Assembly: GCA_034423135.1 (NCBI GenBank)
Contig: DAOUJC010000006.1
Span: 65,670 to 129,669, forward strand
Direction of reading: 5' to 3'
Length of the DNA: 64,000 bases
From: Dehalococcoidia bacterium
Lineage (GTDB): Bacteria; Chloroflexota; Dehalococcoidia; Lucifugimonadales; UBA2985
Both the position numbers and the translations under genes were made by a program. Below the pieces are notes generated by a model that did not search any database, had not been told where the DNA came from, and was given only the letters and a program-made list of their open reading frames with translations. Shown here in pieces: positions 38,985 to 46,536 of the stretch (position 1 is the first letter of the stretch; each line of letters opens with the position of its first letter).

Positions 38985-39925
38985 ACAAGCAGGAAGACGC
39001 AAAGAGGCGTTCGTCAGTCATCGCCCAGCGAATCCAAGAGAGGACGGATATCGCTCTACGCCAGATCATCGATGAATTCTCTGATGAGTTGACGTTCACA
39101 CCTCTGGACGGACTGATGATAAGCCAGGCAGCGTGGGCTCACGTTGCCGCCTCCGGCTTCAACCCCAAACTCGTATTTGCCCATCCCGACTTGCTAAGGA
39201 AACACCCGCGCATCTCCACGTACTATCGCGGTATTGCTTTGCTTCCGCGGAAGCGCGTCAGTGAATTGGCATCTCCAGTCGACTCCTGGGAGGAGGGCAG
39301 ACGCGCAAGCGAGATCCAGGAAGCGCAGGCCCTGCGCGTAGCGCGACTGTACAATGCCGTCATTTCGTCCATTATCGAGGGCTCCACGGGATGGACGCTG
39401 GAGAACGGTTACAGGAACATCATCGCCAACATGGGCATCGGTTTGGACGGGACCGTGCGCAATCTAATCGGCCAGGACGCGGAGCAGCTCATCAAGACCA
39501 GAATCAGGGATTGGCTTGACAGCCGACAGCTTATAGCAGGTCGGAACGAAGACCAGACCAGGTTCGAGCTGCCCAGCGGCTACGCGATGCGCTTTGGATC
39601 AGAGCCGGACATCGAGTTTAGCCGGATTGTCTCCGGTGAAGCTAGGGTTGTTGCCACGATAGAGATTAAGGGAGGGAAGGATCGCGCCGGCGCGCTGGAG
39701 AGACTGGGAGCTGTCCAGAAGAGCTTTCAGGCAACTCCCCCCGGTTGCATGAACATTCTCATCGCAGGTGTCGTAACAAGAGAAATGGAGAGCCGTCTTG
39801 CTGAGATGGGTGTTGGCCGCGTATTCATGCTTGACGAACTCGCCAACGATGGTGATTCCTGGCTAGGCTTCCTGAACGAGGTCTTCCACTACACGGTGCG
39901 AATCACGCAGGCGGTCATCACTTAG
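38981..39925 (+). CDS. candidate type II restriction endonuclease (PD-(D/E)xK)
   Basis: ATG 38981 overlaps the methyltransferase TGA (ATGA). GSEPDIEF...VATIEIKGG fits a PD...ExK catalytic core. The family could be XcyI/Cfr9I-like, but that was not verified. Confidence 0.55.
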   Translation: MNKQEDAKRRSSVIAQRIQERTDIALRQIIDEFSDELTFTPLDGLMISQAAWAHVAASGFNPKLVFAHPDLLRKHPRISTYYRGIALLPRKRVSELASPVDSWEEGRRASEIQEAQALRVARLYNAVISSIIEGSTGWTLENGYRNIIANMGIGLDGTVRNLIGQDAEQLIKTRIRDWLDSRQLIAGRNEDQTRFELPSGYAMRFGSEPDIEFSRIVSGEARVVATIEIKGGKDRAGALERLGAVQKSFQATPPGCMNILIAGVVTREMESRLAEMGVGRVFMLDELANDGDSWLGFLNEVFHYTVRITQAVIT

Positions 39926-40045
39926 AAACCGTATAGGCCGGGTTGGCGCTCCCTGAGCTCAGCCCCGTGTGAGTGGCCAGCAGGCGCCCAACGTGGTAGA
40001 AAGTCGCCAAGTCAGAGAATCTCGGCCGTGGCGGAAGCCAGCCCC

Positions 40046-40873
40046 CTAGACTGCTCTGCGCACCGTACGGCCGCGCGTCAGCAACGCCGCAGCAGCGAAC
40101 AGCGTCGTGGCCACCAGCGCCATCGCCGGCCCGGACGGCAGGTCGACGTAGTACGACAAGTATAGGCCGGTCACCGCCGACGTGGCTCCAAGAAACGCAC
40201 CTAACGCCATGACCTCCACGAACCTCTTCACGAGCAGGTAGGCGGTGGCCGCGGGTGTTATCAACATCGCCATGACCAGTACAATGCCCGCCGCCTGTAT
40301 GCCAATGACGATAACCAGCGCGAGAAGAGCGAGCAGCACGTACTCCAACAGACTCGTGTTGATACCGACTACGGATGCGCCAACTTCGTCGAACGTCGTG
40401 TATACAAGCTGGCGGTGAAAGCCGTAGAGCCCAGCCAGTACTACGGCCGTCATACCAAGGGAAACGAATACGTCTGTCTGCGATACGCCCAGCACCTGCC
40501 CGAGCAGCAGGTCCTCTATGTCCACGCTGATACCGTCGGCCCTGGACAGCAACACGAGGCCCAGAGCAAACGTGCCGGCGAAGATGATGCCAATGGACGT
40601 ATCCTCGCTGATGCCCGTTCGCCTGCTAACTAGGCCTATTAGCACTGCAACCGCTATTCCTGCGGGAACCGCGGCGAAGAACGGGCTTACGCCCAGCAGG
40701 AATGCCACTACCATGCCCGGCAGGACGGCATGAGCAAGAGCGTCGCCCATGAAGGCGCGCCCGCGGGTGATGACGTATGCGCCCACCAGAGGACACATCA
40801 CGCCGACCAGCACGGAGACGATCATGGCCCGCACCATGAAGCTGTACTGGAAAGGGTCCAGAACGTAGTCCAC
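40046..40873 (-). CDS. ABC-3 family metal (Mn/Zn) transporter permease
   Basis: About 8 hydrophobic helices with ZnuB/MntB-like composition. One-nt overlap with the upstream ATPase gene. Confidence 0.8.
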   Translation of the reverse strand: MDYVLDPFQYSFMVRAMIVSVLVGVMCPLVGAYVITRGRAFMGDALAHAVLPGMVVAFLLGVSPFFAAVPAGIAVAVLIGLVSRRTGISEDTSIGIIFAGTFALGLVLLSRADGISVDIEDLLLGQVLGVSQTDVFVSLGMTAVVLAGLYGFHRQLVYTTFDEVGASVVGINTSLLEYVLLALLALVIVIGIQAAGIVLVMAMLITPAATAYLLVKRFVEVMALGAFLGATSAVTGLYLSYYVDLPSGPAMALVATTLFAAAALLTRGRTVRRAV

Positions 40874-41637
40874 TATGCAGTCCCGCTCCCGGAGGTGAAG
40901 TGGCCCGGGGCAAACTCAATGCTGTGGGAGCCGTACAACTCCTCCAGCACCTCCGTCGTGAATGCCTCGCTAGGGGGGCCGTAGGCGCAAACGTGGTGGT
41001 TGATGCACAGCACCAGGTCGAATCGCTGCGACAGGTTCGTTAGGTCGTGCGTTGCCAGCAGTACGATCTTGCCTTCGTCACGAAGCGTCTGCAGCACCTC
41101 AACGATGCCCTCCTGGCCGCTCACGTCCACTCCGCTGAATGCCTCGTCAAGGAGCACGCAGCAGGCCTCCTGCGCCAGAGCACGAGCGATGAACACGCGT
41201 TGGCGCTGCCCGCCGGAGAGCTCCGTTATCAGGGAAGAGCGCTGCTCCCACATCTCCACGCGCTCCAGGCAATTCCTCACCGCATCGCGGTCTCGGCGGC
41301 CGAGCTGCCGGAACAGGCCCAGTTTCCAGGTGCGTCCCATTGTGACCACGTCGGTCACAGTGGCGGGAAAAGCCCAGTTGATGCTGTCTCGCTGTGGCAC
41401 GTAAGCCAAGGCGCCCCTCGCGGACGCCGCCCCCAGCAGCTTTATGTTGCCCTGCGCCACGGGTAGCGTTCCAGCAATGGCGCCGAATAGCGTGCTCTTG
41501 CCGGCTCCGTTGGGTCCCAGGACGCCCGTAAGGGTGCCGGGCCCCACAGAGAATGAAACATCGGCTATAGCGGTGTGCCCGCCGCGAACAACGCAGAGAC
41601 CCTCGCAGACAATTCCGGGATCGACAGTCTCCCTCAT
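40873..41637 (-). CDS. metal ABC transporter ATP-binding protein (ZnuC/MntB-like)
   Basis: GPNGAGKST Walker A, LSGGQRQR signature, LLDEAFSGVD Walker B. Confidence 0.85.
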   Translation of the reverse strand: MRETVDPGIVCEGLCVVRGGHTAIADVSFSVGPGTLTGVLGPNGAGKSTLFGAIAGTLPVAQGNIKLLGAASARGALAYVPQRDSINWAFPATVTDVVTMGRTWKLGLFRQLGRRDRDAVRNCLERVEMWEQRSSLITELSGGQRQRVFIARALAQEACCVLLDEAFSGVDVSGQEGIVEVLQTLRDEGKIVLLATHDLTNLSQRFDLVLCINHHVCAYGPPSEAFTTEVLEELYGSHSIEFAPGHFTSGSGTA

Positions 41638-41975
41638 TTCGCTTCTCCACGTTCGACTGAGGCGCGTGGTCTTCCTCGCGCCCGGCGGGTTTCCCTGAAG
41701 TGGCTGAAACCTGGTATCAATACCTCAGTTGGACTGGGGTCATTCCGCTGAAGCATGGATTCTGAGCCAACCCCGAATGGGTATTGCGCAGGTATGCGCT
41801 CATGAGTGACCATCTGGTAGAATAGCATATCCGATGCGGCACATCAAGCGGAAGGACGCTCCACTGGATGTCCCGGACCCGCTCAACGAGGGCGGTGCGA
41901 TTCGGACCGGCAACTGCCTGGAGTTCTCAATGATCTCGGGCCATCGACTGCGAGACCTGAGACCGGAGGTCAGAA

Positions 41976-42122
41976 ATGGCGCCGTCGGTTAGAGCTTTCC
42001 TCAGGAACCTGAGAGTGCCTATGCCGTGGCGGCTCCGGTCCAAGCTGGCTGCGCTCAACAACATCAGGAAGGTGACGAGAGCGCGGTGGTGCTGCGGCAA
42101 TACGGGCCAACCTGGCTGTTGA
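41976..42122 (+). CDS. 48-aa basic small protein with a Cys-rich C-terminus (below the track length cutoff)
   Basis: GGAGGT lies 6 nt upstream of ATG 41976. Translation is MAPSVRAFLRNLRVPMPWRLRSKLAALNNIRKVTRARWCCGNTGQPGC*. 37 of 48 third positions are G/C, consistent with local coding bias. Confidence 0.35.
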   Translation: MAPSVRAFLRNLRVPMPWRLRSKLAALNNIRKVTRARWCCGNTGQPGC

Positions 42123-42186
42123 GAGTGAGTGGAGGCTCCCGGAGGGAGTCACACGAAAGCAGGTTTCCCAGGATTCTGAGTCGCCG

Positions 42187-44721
42187 CTAGAGAGCCCGGA
42201 CGGCCTCCTCAATGGCGTTAGTGGCTTCCTGGTAGGCAGTTCTCGGTGGAAACACCAGCGGCTCTCCGAAGTGGACCTCCACCGAACCGCGCCTCAAGAT
42301 TGGGTACTTGGCCGGGCTGCCAAATCGTTTGATCTGCAGCTTCATGGGCACAACCGGCAGGCGTCCCTCCACGGCAACGAGACCGGTGCCGTTCTTGAAC
42401 GGCAGGATCGGGCCGCCGACAGTCAGCTTACCCTCGGGGTAGATCAGCACCGACCAGCCGCTGTCCAGTATTTTGCCCATGTTTTCGAGGCTGGGGCGTA
42501 TTGGGCCATCCTGCGCCAGTGGAAAGCCGTTGCCCAGAAGAGGGTTGAGCACCGAGCGTACAGGGTTTCGCCACAGCTTCGCGGCGGCAGCAATGGCCAA
42601 CCGGCGTCGCCACGTCTGCGGAATGGCCTTGATGATGAGCGGGTTGTCCAAGCCAAGGTGATGGTTTGACGCGAACAACACCGGGCCTTGAATGCCCTGG
42701 AGCCTGTCCTGTCCATGCACACTCAGGCTATAGGGCGCCAGCACGACCGGGAACAACATGGTGCGCTGCAGGAAGCCCCGCGCCATCCGGCACCACCAGC
42801 GCATTCCCCACGCGGGGAACCGGTTCGTAACAGGATTGGCCGCGCTTTCATCAAGCATCCGCTGGAGCCGGCCCACGGTCGTTTCCTCGTCAACTTGGCT
42901 CTCGTCGAGGTAGACGCCCAGGTTTGATTCCACGGCGGACAGCAGCTCGACTCTCCCAAGGGAGTCCAGACCCAGGTCGTTTCCGAGGGTCATGGCGTGG
43001 GTCACTTCCTTCGCATCCACCGGCGCCACCTCGGCGATGATCTCCGCGAGGCTCGGCGCGCCGTCTCGCCGACGTGCTGATGTCGCATCTGGCCGACTCG
43101 GCGCAGCCGACGGCGTTCTCATCGGTCCGCTTTCGGCTATGCCGGTCAGAGTCTCGATCAGGGCAGGCTTCTTCACCTTTAGCGTGTGGGTACGCGGAAA
43201 GTCCTCCTCTGGCCACACGGTGAAGCCTCGTACGTGCTGCTGTTCCGCAAGCTGCGCGTTTGCCCACGAGACGATAGCTTCGGGATCGTGGTCGTCCGCG
43301 AGAATGAGCGCCGCATGGACCTCAACGCTCCCATTGCGCGGCAGGCCGACCACCGACGAATCAGTCACGCCAGGGTGCCGGTTTAGCACCGCTTGTATGT
43401 CGTCGGGGTAGACGTTCTGGCCGCTGGGCAGGACTATCATGTCCTTCAAGCGTCCGCGTATGTGCAGGAAACCCTGCTGGTCAAAGTGGCCCAGATCACC
43501 GGTCCTGTACCAGCCGTCCACGAATGCTGCCGCCGTCTGATCCGGTGCGTTGTAGTAGCCGGGGGAGATGCTCTCTCCGCGCACCAGGATTTCGCCCTCG
43601 CTGCTGATTGCCACTTCTACGTTGGGCAGCGGACGCCCCACGGAGCCCGGTCTGCGGTCCTCCAGCGTGTGGTTGCTTATGACGGGAGATGCCTCCGTAG
43701 CGCCGTAGCCCTGAACGATCTTTACACCCATCAGCTCCCACTTCCGGCCCAGATCCGGGTCCAGCGCAGCGCCGCCGGAGACGATGAAGTCCAGCTTGCC
43801 TCCAAACTGCCGGTGGACACGCCCGAACAGGCGCCTCCGCAGACGGAACGGAGTCTTTTCCGCCAGCTTCATCAGCTTGCCCCAAAGCGCCTCCTTGCCC
43901 TGCAGACGCACCTGCCGCTCGATGCCGTTCATCAGCAGTTCAAGTCCTTGGGGCACCAGCAGCAGCGTGGTTACGCGGCGCTCGCGCATCGTGCGGGCAA
44001 GCACTGCCGGCTGACGGCTGGTGGGGTATGTTACGCTGGCGCCAAAATGGAGCACAGCCAGCAGGCCGCCCATCTGCTCGTACATGTGGCTCAGGGGAAG
44101 GATTGACAGGAGCCGGCTGGAGGTATCGCAGGTTATGTACTGCGTAATGCCCTCGATATTGGCGGTCAGATTGCGATGGGTCAGCATCACGCCCTTGGGG
44201 TCTCCCGTTGTGCCTGAGGTGAACATGATTTCCACAAGGTCGTCGGGATGGATGTCCACTGGTTGCGGCTCCGGCAGTTCGTAGATGACGCTCTCCATCT
44301 CCTCGAAAGTGATTTCCGGCACTCCGAGGTCAGCGTCGCCTTTGGGCGTATAGCGGGAGGTGAAGGCCAGCCTCGGCGAGGTGTGGGCTATCACTCGGCT
44401 CACGTAGTCTGGGGCGCTGCGAAGGTCCAGGGGTATTACCACCGCACCTGCTCTCACACATCCCAGGAACGCCAGCACCCACTGCGGGGAGTTCGGTCCC
44501 CACAGCACCACCTGGTCGCCCTTGGACAGCCCGCGGGACTGGAGCAACGAGGCCACCTGGCCGGACTCGCTCCAGAGCCTGCTGTAGCTCCAACGCAGGT
44601 ACCGGAAGCCGGGCTTGAACAGCAGGGCGTCGCGCGAGCCATAGCGGCGCGCTCTGCTCTGCAGGAAGTCAACCAGCGTTCTCTCCATGGCGGAGTCAGT
44701 TCTATAGGCCGCTTGATCCAT
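42187..44721 (-). CDS. tri-domain enzyme: ANL-superfamily fatty-acyl adenylating ligase, phosphopantetheine carrier domain and PlsC-type acyltransferase
   Basis: Start placed at ATG 44721, preceded by GGGAGGA. FTSGTTGDPKGV, GYGATE and YRTGDLG (adenylation). LGLDSLGRVEL (carrier Ser). FASNHHLGLD (Hx4D) and IYPEGK (acyltransferase). Confidence 0.8.
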   Translation of the reverse strand: MDQAAYRTDSAMERTLVDFLQSRARRYGSRDALLFKPGFRYLRWSYSRLWSESGQVASLLQSRGLSKGDQVVLWGPNSPQWVLAFLGCVRAGAVVIPLDLRSAPDYVSRVIAHTSPRLAFTSRYTPKGDADLGVPEITFEEMESVIYELPEPQPVDIHPDDLVEIMFTSGTTGDPKGVMLTHRNLTANIEGITQYITCDTSSRLLSILPLSHMYEQMGGLLAVLHFGASVTYPTSRQPAVLARTMRERRVTTLLLVPQGLELLMNGIERQVRLQGKEALWGKLMKLAEKTPFRLRRRLFGRVHRQFGGKLDFIVSGGAALDPDLGRKWELMGVKIVQGYGATEASPVISNHTLEDRRPGSVGRPLPNVEVAISSEGEILVRGESISPGYYNAPDQTAAAFVDGWYRTGDLGHFDQQGFLHIRGRLKDMIVLPSGQNVYPDDIQAVLNRHPGVTDSSVVGLPRNGSVEVHAALILADDHDPEAIVSWANAQLAEQQHVRGFTVWPEEDFPRTHTLKVKKPALIETLTGIAESGPMRTPSAAPSRPDATSARRRDGAPSLAEIIAEVAPVDAKEVTHAMTLGNDLGLDSLGRVELLSAVESNLGVYLDESQVDEETTVGRLQRMLDESAANPVTNRFPAWGMRWWCRMARGFLQRTMLFPVVLAPYSLSVHGQDRLQGIQGPVLFASNHHLGLDNPLIIKAIPQTWRRRLAIAAAAKLWRNPVRSVLNPLLGNGFPLAQDGPIRPSLENMGKILDSGWSVLIYPEGKLTVGGPILPFKNGTGLVAVEGRLPVVPMKLQIKRFGSPAKYPILRRGSVEVHFGEPLVFPPRTAYQEATNAIEEAVRAL

Positions 44722-45493
44722 CCAGTCCTCCCGTCGGCAACTCGACGGCGCGCGAGTATGACATGTGCTCGTCCAGCATCGCCCGCAGCGCGGCTTTTGC
44801 GCCGGTACGCATTGGAGGAAAGTGAGCGAAGCAGATGGCATCGAAATCAATGCGCAGCAGCTTCTCCAGGGAGGCCAAGGCCTGCACAGGATCCTCGCTG
44901 ACTGCTGCTGCCGGCGGGCTGAGCCGCCAGCCCATTCTGTACTGTAGCGAGTCCCCAGTGATGACGAGGCGACGGTCCGGCACGTATAGCGCAATGCTGC
45001 CGGCGGTGTGCCCTGGCAGGTGCACCGCACGCACCGGCAGGGTGAACGGCACCTCGTCTCCGTCCTCCAGCTCCACGTCCACTGGGATAGGCCCTCCGCT
45101 AATCCTGTGAAGAACGGGCGGGGCAAAGCGCGCAACCAGCGGCCCGCGGATTGGGCTGGACTGAACGTACCGACCGGTCAGTACGGCTGAATCCAGGCGG
45201 TGAGCCATCACCGAGATGCTCCTTCCCGCCACCAGTTCCGTGACGCCGGATGCGTGGTCAGGATGGTGGTGAGTGAGTACGAGTGAGCGAACCGCGTCGA
45301 GGGAGATGCCAAGGGCATCCAGGCCGCTGGTGATGATGCCTGAGCTCCCGCGCATTCCCGCGTCGACGAGGAGGGCTTGGCCGTCCGCGAGGAGCAGCGT
45401 GACCCTCGCACCAAGGGCGCGAATTTGGTACACGCCATCAGCAACCCAAATGGGATTGCCCAGCTTCACCTGCCAGCCTCCATTGGGCAACAC
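44702..45493 (-). CDS. MBL-fold metallohydrolase
   Basis: LTHHHPDHASG motif. Start chosen at GTG 45493, which has GGAGGGG upstream. The track ORF extends to TTG 45562 through a lower-GC3 stretch. The 3' end overlaps the downstream tri-domain gene by 20 nt. Confidence 0.7.
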   Translation of the reverse strand: MLPNGGWQVKLGNPIWVADGVYQIRALGARVTLLLADGQALLVDAGMRGSSGIITSGLDALGISLDAVRSLVLTHHHPDHASGVTELVAGRSISVMAHRLDSAVLTGRYVQSSPIRGPLVARFAPPVLHRISGGPIPVDVELEDGDEVPFTLPVRAVHLPGHTAGSIALYVPDRRLVITGDSLQYRMGWRLSPPAAAVSEDPVQALASLEKLLRIDFDAICFAHFPPMRTGAKAALRAMLDEHMSYSRAVELPTGGLDGSSGL

Positions 45494-45636
45494 ATAGTTC
45501 AGCCCCTCCGTTGACCTTGGGCTCCAGAGGCAAAGTATGCCATTTGCCTCCAGCCAAATCAAGACGGCCCTGCATTCGATGACCGAAGCTCATTCGAGCC
45601 TAATGCGCCTCGTCTCACCGAATTTGGCGCGCGGTA

Positions 45637-45666
45637 TTGACGTATGCCGTATGAGTACGATATACT
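45637..45666 (+). promoter_or_regulatory. promoter candidate placing the transcription start at or near the vapB ATG (leaderless)
   Basis: TTGACG (45637-45642), an 18-nt spacer, TATACT (45661-45666), 6 nt, then ATG 45673. The same TATACT-6nt-ATG geometry recurs at 45862-45876. Confidence 0.45.
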
Positions 45667-45672
45667 ACGGAC

Positions 45673-46119
45673 ATGACAAAGCGACTACAGGTAATGCTGA
45701 ACCATGAGGAATACGGCGAGATAGAGACCTACGCCCGGGGCAGTAGAATGACCGTAGCGGAGTGGGTACGGCAAGCACTGCGCAGAGCCAGACAGGGCGC
45801 AGCTGGAAGCTCAGTGAGGGAAAGTTCGGCCACATACTTTACTCAGAGAGGATTAGTATACTATACTACTGCCATGACAAAGCGACTGCAAGTGCTGCTG
45901 GATGAGGAAGAACTCGGAGAGATTCAGGACGTGGCACGCGGGCAACGCCTGACTGTCGCCGAGTGGGTGCGCCAGTCCCTGCGTCAGGCCCGGCGGGAAT
46001 TGCCCGGCGCTCCGGACGTAAAGCTACGCGCCATCGCCGAGGCATATCGCCACTCCTATCCAACCGGTGACATAGGCGCCATGCTGGATGAGATTGAAGC
46101 CGGCCGGCAGCTGCAGTGA
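45673..46119 (+). CDS. vapB: tandem-duplicated ribbon-helix-helix antitoxin (VapB-VapB fusion); a second in-frame start at 45874 would give a conventional 81-aa VapB
   Basis: MTKRLQVMLNHEEYGEIETYARGSRMTVAEWVRQALRRAR is repeated as MTKRLQVLLDEEELGEIQDVARGQRLTVAEWVRQSLRQAR 67 aa later. Confidence 0.65.
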   Translation: MTKRLQVMLNHEEYGEIETYARGSRMTVAEWVRQALRRARQGAAGSSVRESSATYFTQRGLVYYTTAMTKRLQVLLDEEELGEIQDVARGQRLTVAEWVRQSLRQARRELPGAPDVKLRAIAEAYRHSYPTGDIGAMLDEIEAGRQLQ

Positions 46120-46511
46120 TCTTCATAGACTCCAACATACCCATGTACCTTGTTGGCGCACCTCACGCCAACAAAGACCGCACCCTGGCGCTTCTCACCA
46201 AGCTGATTGGGGACGGAGAACGTCTGGTCACAAGCGTGGAGGTGTACCAGGAGATAATTCACAGGTACATTGGGCTCAAGCGTCCGGATGCAATTGACCC
46301 AGCGTTCCGAGCGCTCGACGACGTAGCCGACGAAGTGCTGTCGTTCGGTATGCCTGAGGTGCGCGCCGCCAGGGAGCTGATTCGAGCGGGTGGCGGACTG
46401 TCCTCGCGTGACGCGCTCCACGTGGCCGTGATGCGCAGCGCCGGCACCAACCGCATTCTAAGCTTCGACGCGGGATTCGACGAGTGCCCGGGCATAGAGC
46501 GCCTGGCGTAA
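46116..46511 (+). CDS. vapC: PIN-domain toxin VapC
   Basis: The GTG start overlaps the vapB stop (GTGA). MIFIDSNIPMYLVG...SRDALHVAVM carries acidic PIN residues. Confidence 0.8.
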   Translation: MIFIDSNIPMYLVGAPHANKDRTLALLTKLIGDGERLVTSVEVYQEIIHRYIGLKRPDAIDPAFRALDDVADEVLSFGMPEVRAARELIRAGGGLSSRDALHVAVMRSAGTNRILSFDAGFDECPGIERLA

Positions 46512-46536
46512 GCCGCCCAGGCCCGCAGCCTCGTCG

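Noticed and set aside
41634-41828. 64-aa ORF in the leader of the metal ABC operon.
   Set aside because: It has no RBS and poor third-position GC bias. It overlaps the hairpin-rich untranslated region and is more likely non-coding.
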